48,695 nucleotides of DNA from a virus (lineage: Duplodnaviria > Caudoviricetes), in the IMG/VR virus record IMGVR_UViG_3300033405_000946, positions 1-48,695 of that record; one strand, 5' to 3'. The position numbers were made by a program, and so were the translations under genes. This document shows, in pieces, positions 1 to 7,938 of this stretch. Position 1 is the stretch's first letter, and every line of letters begins with the position of its first letter. The notes beneath the pieces were generated by a model. The model saw only the letters and a list, made by a program, of their open reading frames with translations, searched no databases and had not been told where the DNA came from.

Positions 1-1149
1 TTAAGCCGCTGGATCGACCGACTTGAGCTTGACCCAGAACATGGTCCCCTCGGGTTCTTCTGATGTAAAGCCCACTTCGCCTTTAAGATAGTTTTCAGTG
101 AGAAGCTTAATTGAATATGTCCCCAACCCTCGTCCTGTCCCTTTTGTGGAAAATGACCGCTTAAACACTTGAAGTTTGACAGAATCCGGCATGACCGTAC
201 TATTTTTGACCCAGAAAACGGCTGTTCCGTTGTCACCCCTCAAGCCCAGTGACACCGTTCCACCCGCTGGTGTCGCCTCAAGTGCATTCATGAGCATGTT
301 TACAATCACTCTTTTCAAAAGCGTAAAATCTGCCTGAACAGTGATATTAGCGCTTGCTTCATCAATTGCAATTTTTTTACCAACTGCCTTAGGATGCGCG
401 ACAAATTCGGACGCTACCGTTTGAACAATTTCTAACCCCCGTAGCGTAATGTTCGATACAGTGAGCTCATTGCGCTCCATCGACAGGAGTTGCTTTTGCT
501 TTTGAATCTCTTCGACAAGGCCAAAGAGCGACATCTTAATAATCTTAACCGTTTCCTTAGCTTCCCCGGAAACCTCATCAACGAGCATGTCAACTAGGCC
601 GTTTGCTCCGCCAGCCGCGTTGAGTATGTCATGAAAGAAAATCCGCTCAAGGATCGTTCTGCGATTTTCGTCCTCGATGTCCATGAGCGTGACCACATAA
701 TAGGTATCATTTCCAGCTTCCCAGGGAGAAACGAATACACGCAAATCTTTGGCGGCCGTGCCAGAGTCCCCTTTCAGAAGAAGCTGGCAATCATGCGATA
801 CAGGAGCTTTCTGTAGTATGCTTTCCATAAGCGCTCGAACGGCTCCACATTCCCGGCAATGCCTGGATGTTCCGCAACCATTTTTTTCCACCCCGGAATA
901 GATGCACCCCATGGCTTCCCCAGGACGCTTCGCAAGGAAATTACTAAGATTATCAACACCGAAAGTTTTTAAAAAAACCTGGTTACTGAATACGATTTGC
1001 CGATATGAATTCACGACCATCAAAGGCAGCGGGAAAAAGTCGAAATACTTTGAACACAGATGTTCAGAAAGCCCGGCATGCTCCTTTTTTACTTCCAAAA
1101 TCGTCAGTCGCTCTCCTGGAGCAAACTCGGTTTTACTTTTGCCTATCAT
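1..1149 (-). CDS. Sensor histidine kinase with Cys-rich PAS-like input domain (outside the prophage)
   Basis: H-box FFHDILN, N-box NMLMNALEA, G-box FSTKGTGRGLGTY; N-terminal GC-x8-GCG-x4-CxxCG motif. Confidence 0.9.
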   Translation of the reverse strand: MIGKSKTEFAPGERLTILEVKKEHAGLSEHLCSKYFDFFPLPLMVVNSYRQIVFSNQVFLKTFGVDNLSNFLAKRPGEAMGCIYSGVEKNGCGTSRHCRECGAVRALMESILQKAPVSHDCQLLLKGDSGTAAKDLRVFVSPWEAGNDTYYVVTLMDIEDENRRTILERIFFHDILNAAGGANGLVDMLVDEVSGEAKETVKIIKMSLFGLVEEIQKQKQLLSMERNELTVSNITLRGLEIVQTVASEFVAHPKAVGKKIAIDEASANITVQADFTLLKRVIVNMLMNALEATPAGGTVSLGLRGDNGTAVFWVKNSTVMPDSVKLQVFKRSFSTKGTGRGLGTYSIKLLTENYLKGEVGFTSEEPEGTMFWVKLKSVDPAA

Positions 1150-1606
1150 CTTTGAGCCTTCCTAGGACGTCAGCAGCCAGTGCTGGAGCTGCACTGATCC
1201 GTGGGGGGCGGGCGATTTGGGCTCGCATGAAGCGAACCGATCTTTTTTTTATAGGCCAAGGTCGATATGTAGTCGAGAGCTTAATGCCATCAATAGTTAT
1301 TGTACTGTTTTTAAAGAAATAAATTATGGACAGCTTGGCTTTTTGCCGCGTTCAGAGTGTTTCCTGTCAAAGCAACTCATACCTAAGTGCAGCTGTACAG
1401 CAATGGCTGATTCAAACACATTGTGCCAATCCAGAAGAGATGCACTCCCGTCAGAGCAGGAACGATTCTGGGGCAATAATGGGCAGTGGGCGCACACAAC
1501 TACGTGCGAGTGCGAGAGAGCCTGAGGGCAGGCGCGGAAACAGGGATGAATGGGGAAGGTCAAATGCCGAAACCGAGGGTTCGTGCTGGGTACTGGAACT
1601 GACGGC

Positions 1607-1643
1607 AAAGAAAAAGGGGGCAGATTTTTCCATCTAACCCCTT
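1607..1643 (-). terminator. Rho-independent terminator downstream of the tRNA 3' end
   Basis: Minus strand AAGGGGTTAGAT-GGAAAA-ATCTGCCCCCTT followed by TTTCTTT, just after the tRNA CCA. Confidence 0.75.
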
Positions 1644-1653
1644 GATATTCTTG

Positions 1654-1700
1654 TGGTGGGCGATGCCGGGGTCGAACCGGCGACCTTTGGCTTCGGAGGC
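1654..1700 (-). tRNA. 3' half of tRNA-Arg(CCG); prophage attachment-site duplicate, not an intact tRNA
   Basis: Minus strand GC-CTCCGAA-GCCAA-AGGTC-GCCGG-TTCGACC-CCGGC-ATCGCCC-A-CCA gives anticodon loop CCG, T-arm and CCA end; upstream sequence cannot form the D-arm or 5' acceptor strand. Confidence 0.88.
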
Positions 1701-1804
1701 GGGCGGCCTGATCCCTACACCCTCCTGAGTGACCCTGTAGCCTCGATCCCCGTCTGTCTTACTTCTTTCCGTTTGCCCCAGTTTCCTGCCGAGTCCATCT
1801 CGAC

Positions 1805-1826
1805 CGTTAGCCGTCGCGTTAGCCGT
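1805..1826. repeat. Tandem direct repeat CGTTAGCCGT x2; candidate integrase arm-type sites
   Basis: Exact 10-mers at 1805-1814 and 1817-1826, about 105 bp inside the att core. Confidence 0.45.
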
Positions 1827-2152
1827 AAGGACAGTCTTAATTCAGTAGCGCAGCCCTCTCAGGCATCTCACTTTGTGCCGCCGCTTTGCGGCGGCGACTG
1901 CTCTCTTCCAGTCCTCCGTTGGGATATCAGCCCCGTCTCCCCCCCACCCCTCTTAACAAGAATCCGGCGGAAGGTCGAACAAGGGCTACGGTCATTCTGT
2001 TGGCTTCGCGGGTCCTCCCTAGGCTTCGATAAGCAGGGGTCACAAACACCCCGGGGTGGGGCACCATGGAATTTTGAAAATGGATTGGACAAATGGACTG
2101 AAGTCATTCCCGTCCCCAATCGTGCTACCGCCAGCCTGTAGAGCAGCACTTC

Positions 2153-3802
2153 ATGACCATCGACGCACAAGCGCTCAAGGATGAGATGGAAGAGGCTGCA
2201 GCTCGGGAAGCCGAACGGTATGCGAAGCCTCCAGAGACCCCAACAGAACCGGAAGATAGCATAAGCTATAAGGACATCAAGGAGGCCTTCGACCAGAACG
2301 AATACGGCGACGCATCCCTCGCCATTCGTATTATGCGTAACAGATTCTGTTTCGACAACTCTGCAATGCAATCGTATTACTATAATTGCACGCACTGGAT
2401 TAAGGACATAAACAACAATTACCTTCGTGAAATGCATAAAGTATCAGACCAATTTGAATCGCAACGTGCTTATTATGCGGACAAGTACAAAGCAGCGATT
2501 GAAGAGGTCGAGAGCGCTCCTGAGAAGGATAAATCCAAGCTCAAGGAGGTAGCCAAGGGCTTCAAAAAATCCCGCGACGCCTACGCCGCCAGGATACAAA
2601 GCCTGCGGGGCCTGCGCCGGGTGAACAACGTCTGGCGTCTGGCCACCTCCGGCACTGACAGCCTGGGCATCTCCGGAACGAACTGGAACTCCAACCCGCT
2701 CCTGCTCCCCTGCAAGAACTGCGTGGTCGATCTGGAAACCGGGAAGGCCCTCAAGGGCTCTCCGGAGATGTACTTCAACCGTGCCTCCCCCATCGAATAC
2801 CACGGCCTGAACGCCGAGGCACCCCTGTGGGACGAAACCCTGGCCAAGGTCTTCCGAAACAAGGAGGACCTGATGGATTACTTCGGCTATTTCGTCGGCT
2901 GCTCGACAACCGGCCTGCAGAGCAAGGATTTCTATTGCGCCTACGGTCCGGAGGCGAACAACGGCAAGTCCCTGGTCTTCAACCTCATCGACCATGTCCT
3001 GGGGGACTTCGCCGGCACGATCCCGGTGGAAATGCTCCTCGAGGAGAAGTTTCCCCGCAACCCGGACGCCCCGTCGCACACGCGCATGAAGCTCTACGGC
3101 CTGCGCCTGGCCGCGACCTCCGAGGCGCAGAACGACCAGTTCTTCTCCCTGTCCAAGATCAAACAGTTCACCTCGGGCACGGATCGCATGGAGGCACGTA
3201 GCGTCCACGGCAAGCACGAGATCGAATTCCCCCAGAGCCACAACCTGGTGCTGCACACCAACTTCCTGCCCAAGGCCAAGGGCCAGGACAAGGGGTTTTA
3301 CAATCGCCTGAAGGTGCTCCCGTTCCGGGCCAAGTTCATCCCCCCGCACGAAGGGCCGGAAGATCCCGGCAACTTCGTCTGGCACCAGATCCCTCCTGAA
3401 CACCTCAAGGCCGATATCCTCAAGTGCGCGCCTGGGATTCTGGCCTACTTCGTGCGCTATGCCATGAAGTATCTCAAGCTCGGGGCGATGCCCATGGCTC
3501 CGAGTTGCGTCATGGATGAAACCGAGCAGTACCAGAACAAACAAGACTTCATAGGTAGATTCCTGCGTGAATGCTGTGAATTGACAGACGGAGGGAAGGA
3601 ACAAGCAAAGGACATCCACGCAGCGTTCAAGAAGTGGTCGATAGAAGAAGAGGGCATAGACCCAAAAAAAGTATGGTCCATGCGCATGTTGAAAGACTAC
3701 TTCGATACAAGACCAGAGATACAGAGAGTCGAGAGCAGGGTTACGTACTACACTGGCCTGCGAATACTTTCTGATCGCCGCGCCGACTGGGGGGTGGACT
3801 GA
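2153..3802 (+). CDS. P4/D5-family SF3 helicase (D5_N + ATPase + C-terminal winged helix)
   Basis: Walker A GPEANNGKS, LxGxRL..SE motif, IKQFTSGTDRMEARS, TNFLP, RLKVLPF; C-terminal D-x-IGRFLRECC domain. Confidence 0.9.
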   Translation: MTIDAQALKDEMEEAAAREAERYAKPPETPTEPEDSISYKDIKEAFDQNEYGDASLAIRIMRNRFCFDNSAMQSYYYNCTHWIKDINNNYLREMHKVSDQFESQRAYYADKYKAAIEEVESAPEKDKSKLKEVAKGFKKSRDAYAARIQSLRGLRRVNNVWRLATSGTDSLGISGTNWNSNPLLLPCKNCVVDLETGKALKGSPEMYFNRASPIEYHGLNAEAPLWDETLAKVFRNKEDLMDYFGYFVGCSTTGLQSKDFYCAYGPEANNGKSLVFNLIDHVLGDFAGTIPVEMLLEEKFPRNPDAPSHTRMKLYGLRLAATSEAQNDQFFSLSKIKQFTSGTDRMEARSVHGKHEIEFPQSHNLVLHTNFLPKAKGQDKGFYNRLKVLPFRAKFIPPHEGPEDPGNFVWHQIPPEHLKADILKCAPGILAYFVRYAMKYLKLGAMPMAPSCVMDETEQYQNKQDFIGRFLRECCELTDGGKEQAKDIHAAFKKWSIEEEGIDPKKVWSMRMLKDYFDTRPEIQRVESRVTYYTGLRILSDRRADWGVD

Positions 3803-3810
3803 TGCGCCGC

Positions 3811-4141
3811 CTTCGGCCTTCTTCGCCCTTCTTCGCGGGTTTTTGGGGGAGGGGCTCGGGTAATTTTCCTTTCAATTTCCATATGTTGTCTTCTCTTTTC
3901 GGCCTTCTTCGCCCTTTCTTCATAGAAAGTAGGAGAGAAACAAAAATAATGGAGAAAAAGGCATTTTTTTCACTGTGGGGAAATAATGGCGGTGAAAAGG
4001 GCGCAGAAGGCCGCAGCGAGGCGTTATGTGTCTAAAAAGAATTACTAAATTTGTGGAACTTGAGCGAAAAGTTACTCGCAAAAGGGCGCAATTTTTTCGC
4101 CCTTCTCTGAAAATCCGGGCGGTCTTCGCCCTTTCGCCCCT
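3811..4141. repeat. Putative replication origin: about 10 copies of a 10-bp iteron (YTKCGSCCTT) in both orientations around AT-rich spacers
   Basis: Direct copies at 3811, 3821, 3897, 3907, 4095, 4124, 4132; inverted copies at 3997, 4007, 4082; lies between helicase and primase. Confidence 0.7.
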
Positions 4142-4168
4142 CGCGGGCTCCGGTGGGAGGTGAGGGGT

Positions 4169-5734
4169 ATGGGGAAGGCGCTTGAATGGCTCGGGCGTGA
4201 TGGTTGTCGGTCCGTGTTCGGAGAATTGGTGGCCGTGGACGCCAACAAGTCCAATGCATCGCGGCAATGGGCCTGCTGTCCATTCCATTCCGAGCGGACG
4301 CCCTCGTTTTCCTACCGGCCGGACGAGGACAAGTTCCATTGTTTCGGCTGCAAGCAGTCCGGGGACCTGATCGACCTGTTCGAGCACCTGAACGGCTACG
4401 CCGAGGGCGACGGCTTCATGGCCTTCCGGGAGCGCTTCGCGCCAGATGGGCGGCTCGATCCTCGGCGCGAGTCGAAACCGGCCCGGCCATCCGGCCCTCC
4501 GCCCTGGGCTCCTCGCCCGGTTCAGGAAGTCCCGGCCTCGTGGTGCGTCAAAGCCGAATCCTTCGTCGCTCACTCCCAGGAACGCCTGGCCGCTAACGCC
4601 GAGACCCTGGAGTGGCTGGCCGGGCGCGGCATCTCGGCCGAGACGGCCAAGGCCTGCCGCCTGGGCTGGAACGACAAGGACAAGTACCCGCCGCGCTCCA
4701 TGTGGGGGCTGCCCAAGGAATGCAACCAAGCCGGGCGCGAGCGCAAGATATGGCTGCCCGAGGGGCTGGTGATCCCCTGGGCGCGCCATGGTGAGATCGT
4801 GAAGATCAAGATCCGGCGTCCGCATCCGGAGGATGGCCCGGCCAGCATGCGCGAGGTCAAATACTACGGCGTGCGGGGCAACGCCGGATGCTTCTCGGTC
4901 TACGGCCGCCCCAAGCCCGGAATGCCTGTGGTGGCCGTGGTGGTGGAGTCGGAGCTTGACGCCGTGCTCCTGTGGCAGGAGCTGCGCCACCTGGGCGTGG
5001 TGATCCTGGCCGCGCCGGCCGGCAGCAAGCCGGACAGGGTCGAGACGGACCTCCTCCTCGGGGCCGACCTGGTGCTCCTCTCCCTGGACGTGGCCAAATT
5101 CGAGCTTGCCGAGGGCGACAAGGAGGAGAAAGCCGGCCCCATGGCCTCGGCATGGTTTCTTGAGCATTTCCCCAACGCCGTGCGCCGTCCCGTGCCGCCC
5201 TCCATGGGCAAGGACCACGGCGAGGCCGTGGCCGCCGGGCTCTCCATGCGGGATTGGTTCGAAGCGGCGCTTCCGAGCCATGTGAGGCGGGAGATTTTTA
5301 GGGATAGGGCGGTTTCGGTGAGGGAGTCTGTTCGTCCTCCCGAGTCTTCGGAAGATGCCGGTTTGTCAGCCGCATCCGACGATTCGTCAGCCGCCGAGGC
5401 ACCGTTGTCACGCCCTAACGCGTCAAATCCGGTCCGGCGTCGCCGCGCCGGAACCTCCCGCATGGACGGACCCAACCACCTCACCGCCTACAAGGCCGGC
5501 CGCTCCTGGATACTGTCCCACATGGACGCGCTCCTCGCCCTGGGCTGGACGCGTCGGGCTCTCTTCGCGGCCGGGCGCTTCCGCTACCCGGTCGGCTCCT
5601 GGGGGCTGGCCTGGTTCCGGGCCTGGACGGACCCGAAGCTGTCGAGGGTGGAGATCGCCGAGGATGGGGCCGTGAAGTGGTGGATGAAGGAAGGGGACCG
5701 GGAAGTCGTTCAGGAGTCGAGGCCGAAAAAATGA
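4169..5734 (+). CDS. DnaG-type primase (CHC2 zinc finger + TOPRIM) with C-terminal extension
   Basis: CCPFHSERTPSF...HCFGC zinc finger; VVESELDA TOPRIM glutamate motif; GKDHGE; start may be GTG 4160 or ATG 4169. Confidence 0.85.
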   Translation: MGKALEWLGRDGCRSVFGELVAVDANKSNASRQWACCPFHSERTPSFSYRPDEDKFHCFGCKQSGDLIDLFEHLNGYAEGDGFMAFRERFAPDGRLDPRRESKPARPSGPPPWAPRPVQEVPASWCVKAESFVAHSQERLAANAETLEWLAGRGISAETAKACRLGWNDKDKYPPRSMWGLPKECNQAGRERKIWLPEGLVIPWARHGEIVKIKIRRPHPEDGPASMREVKYYGVRGNAGCFSVYGRPKPGMPVVAVVVESELDAVLLWQELRHLGVVILAAPAGSKPDRVETDLLLGADLVLLSLDVAKFELAEGDKEEKAGPMASAWFLEHFPNAVRRPVPPSMGKDHGEAVAAGLSMRDWFEAALPSHVRREIFRDRAVSVRESVRPPESSEDAGLSAASDDSSAAEAPLSRPNASNPVRRRRAGTSRMDGPNHLTAYKAGRSWILSHMDALLALGWTRRALFAAGRFRYPVGSWGLAWFRAWTDPKLSRVEIAEDGAVKWWMKEGDREVVQESRPKK

Positions 5735-5742
5735 AGTGGAGG

Positions 5743-5796
5743 GCTGCCGTCCGGAGCGCCAACTCCGGACGGCGGCCGGATGTACACGGCATCCGA
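5743..5796 (+). promoter_or_regulatory. Tandem stem-loops upstream of the MTase/terminase operon
   Basis: GCTGCCGTCCGGAG-CGCCAA-CTCCGGACGGCGGC (14-bp stem) then CGGATG-TACACGG-CATCCG; no U-tract. Confidence 0.5.
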
Positions 5797-5857
5797 CCAG
5801 GAAAACCCAGCCCTCCAGCCTAGCTAGGCGGCAGGGGGATAGCACGGGAGCCGGCGG

Positions 5858-7207
5858 ATGGAAAAGCTGAAACTTGAATATTGGCCGGTGGATAGGCTGC
5901 GCAATTACGAGCGCGGTCTGCGCAAAAACAACAAATCGGCGGTGGATCGCATGATGGCATCGATCAAGGAATACGGGTTCAGGGTCCCGGTGCTGGCCAA
6001 GGCCTGCGGCGAGGTGGTCAACGGCCGCCTTTGCCTCGAGGCGGCCCGGCGTCTGGGGATGGACAGCGTTCCCGTGATCCTGGCCGACGGGCTGACGGAT
6101 GCCCAGGTGCGCGCATTCAGACTGCTGGTCAATCGTTCCGCCACATGGGCCTCATGGGATGAGGAGATGGTGGCCATAGAGCTGGCCGAGCTGCGCGATC
6201 TGGACGTGGACATCAACCTGACGGGCTTCGACGTCTCCGAGCTGGATGCCTTCATGGCCCTGTTGCCTGTCTTCGGCCGTACCGATCCCGACGACGTGCC
6301 ACCCGTTCCGGAGGTGCCCATCACCCGCTCCGGAGACGTCTGGGTACTGGGAGAGCATCGGCTGCTCTGTGGAGACGCGACCTCGACGGCAGCCATGGCG
6401 ACATTGCTCGGCAGTGAACGCCCGGAACTGGCTGTTACCGACCCGCCCTACAACGTGGCCGTCGAGGGAAGGGCCGGAAAAATCATGAACGACGACATGT
6501 CCGCCGCAGCCTTCCGGGGTTTTCTCGGCAAGGTCTTCGAGACCCTGTTCGGCGTGCTGGCGGACGGCGCAGCTGTGTATGTGGCCCATTCGGACACTGA
6601 AGGCCTGGCATTCCGGGACGCCTTCCATATGGCCGGATTCAAGCTGGCATCCTGTCTGATCTGGAGAAAGAACGTTCATGTCCTGGGACGTGCGGACTAC
6701 CACTGGCAGCATGAGCCGGTCCTGTATGGTTGGAAACCAACCGGACCCCACGCCTGGTTCGGCGGCCGCCGGCAGACCACACTGATAGAAGCGTTCCCCG
6801 GGGTGGTCATCCAGGAAGATGGCAGCGTACGGATTCCCGCCGGGGACGACTTGTTCATCATTTCCGGGAAGGATCTCTCTGTTGAGGTGGCCCCGGGAAC
6901 GGTTGTGAGCGTGGATAAGCCTCTGCGAAGCGACGCCCACCCCACCATGAAGCCGATCGCCTTGATCGAGCGCTTCGTGCGCAATTCCAGCCGGCCCGGC
7001 GCCCTGGTTATCGACCCGTTCGGTGGTTCCGGTTCCACCCTCATGGCTTGCGAGATTCTCGGCAGGGTTTGCCGCACCATGGAGCTGGACCCCCGCTTCG
7101 CCGACGTGATCGTCAGCCGCTGGCAGGATTACACCGGCAGGGAAGCTTTGGGGCTTGGCGGGATGAGCTTCGCAGAAATCGCTGGCGAGCGGGGAGGGCG
7201 GTCATGA
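5858..7207 (+). CDS. ParB-like N-terminal domain + N4/N6 DNA methyltransferase
   Basis: YGFRVPVL ParB-like start; catalytic TDPPYN, HPTMKP, DPFGGSGST SAM-binding motif. Confidence 0.9.
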   Translation: MEKLKLEYWPVDRLRNYERGLRKNNKSAVDRMMASIKEYGFRVPVLAKACGEVVNGRLCLEAARRLGMDSVPVILADGLTDAQVRAFRLLVNRSATWASWDEEMVAIELAELRDLDVDINLTGFDVSELDAFMALLPVFGRTDPDDVPPVPEVPITRSGDVWVLGEHRLLCGDATSTAAMATLLGSERPELAVTDPPYNVAVEGRAGKIMNDDMSAAAFRGFLGKVFETLFGVLADGAAVYVAHSDTEGLAFRDAFHMAGFKLASCLIWRKNVHVLGRADYHWQHEPVLYGWKPTGPHAWFGGRRQTTLIEAFPGVVIQEDGSVRIPAGDDLFIISGKDLSVEVAPGTVVSVDKPLRSDAHPTMKPIALIERFVRNSSRPGALVIDPFGGSGSTLMACEILGRVCRTMELDPRFADVIVSRWQDYTGREALGLGGMSFAEIAGERGGRS

Positions 7208-7938
7208 ACGAAAATCTGAAGCCCTATCTCGATCGGAGTGCCTCCACGGATTTGCCATACCTACTCAAGGCCAAGGAGGAGAGCAAAAAGCGCATGAATG
7301 ATCAACCCTCGGCGAAGAACATCGACGCCTTCAACAAGGCTTCGCAGATGTTGGAGGCTCACTTGGCCAAAGCGGATTCAAGCGCTCCCGCATCCGCCGG
7401 GTTCAAGACCGTCGACATGGCCTTGGCGCACCTGAAGGAGAAGGGATGGAAGGTCAGCCGCTCCAAAATCTTCGCGGATGCCGGGTCCGGGATGCTCAAG
7501 CGCCAGGCTGACGGGTCGATTCTCGCGCCCGATCTGGACCGCTATGTGGTGGAGGCCCGTTTGAAGCTGGCCGGCGCCGCACCGAAGGACGGCGGAGAAA
7601 TGGCCAAACTGAAGATTCGGCAGACCAAGGCCGAAATCCGCGAACGCGAGGCCAAGGCCTCCCTGGCGGAGATGTCCGAGCGCGAGAAGGCCGGGGAGCT
7701 GATCAGCCGCGAAGAGGCCGACATCCAGATGGCCATGGCCGTGACCATCCTTCGGGCGCAGCTTCGGGCGTTCCTCTCCGGGGCGGCCCCGGAGATCGTC
7801 CACATCGTCGGTGGAGACCCGAAAAAGATGGACGCGTTGCTGGATCTGCTCACCGGGAAAACCAACGACTTCTTCAACGGGTTTTCGAAAAAACAGGAAT
7901 TCAGGGTCGCGTGCAGTGAACCAGCCGAACTTGGTTGA
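7204..7938 (+). CDS. Putative terminase small subunit
   Basis: Directly upstream of TerL; coiled-coil ending GELISREE typical of Nu1-like subunits; ATGA overlap with the MTase. Confidence 0.65.
   Translation: MNENLKPYLDRSASTDLPYLLKAKEESKKRMNDQPSAKNIDAFNKASQMLEAHLAKADSSAPASAGFKTVDMALAHLKEKGWKVSRSKIFADAGSGMLKRQADGSILAPDLDRYVVEARLKLAGAAPKDGGEMAKLKIRQTKAEIREREAKASLAEMSEREKAGELISREEADIQMAMAVTILRAQLRAFLSGAAPEIVHIVGGDPKKMDALLDLLTGKTNDFFNGFSKKQEFRVACSEPAELG

Noticed and set aside
1654-1730. Intact tRNA-Arg gene
   Set aside because: Only the anticodon loop to CCA is present; the 5' half cannot pair, so it is an att duplicate
1653-2141. 162-aa ORF starting in the tRNA fragment
   Set aside because: Reads through the antisense tRNA and att arm; no RBS or protein-like features
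3802-4035. 77-aa Phe-rich ORF after the helicase
   Set aside because: Composition is explained by the iteron repeats; likely non-coding origin DNA
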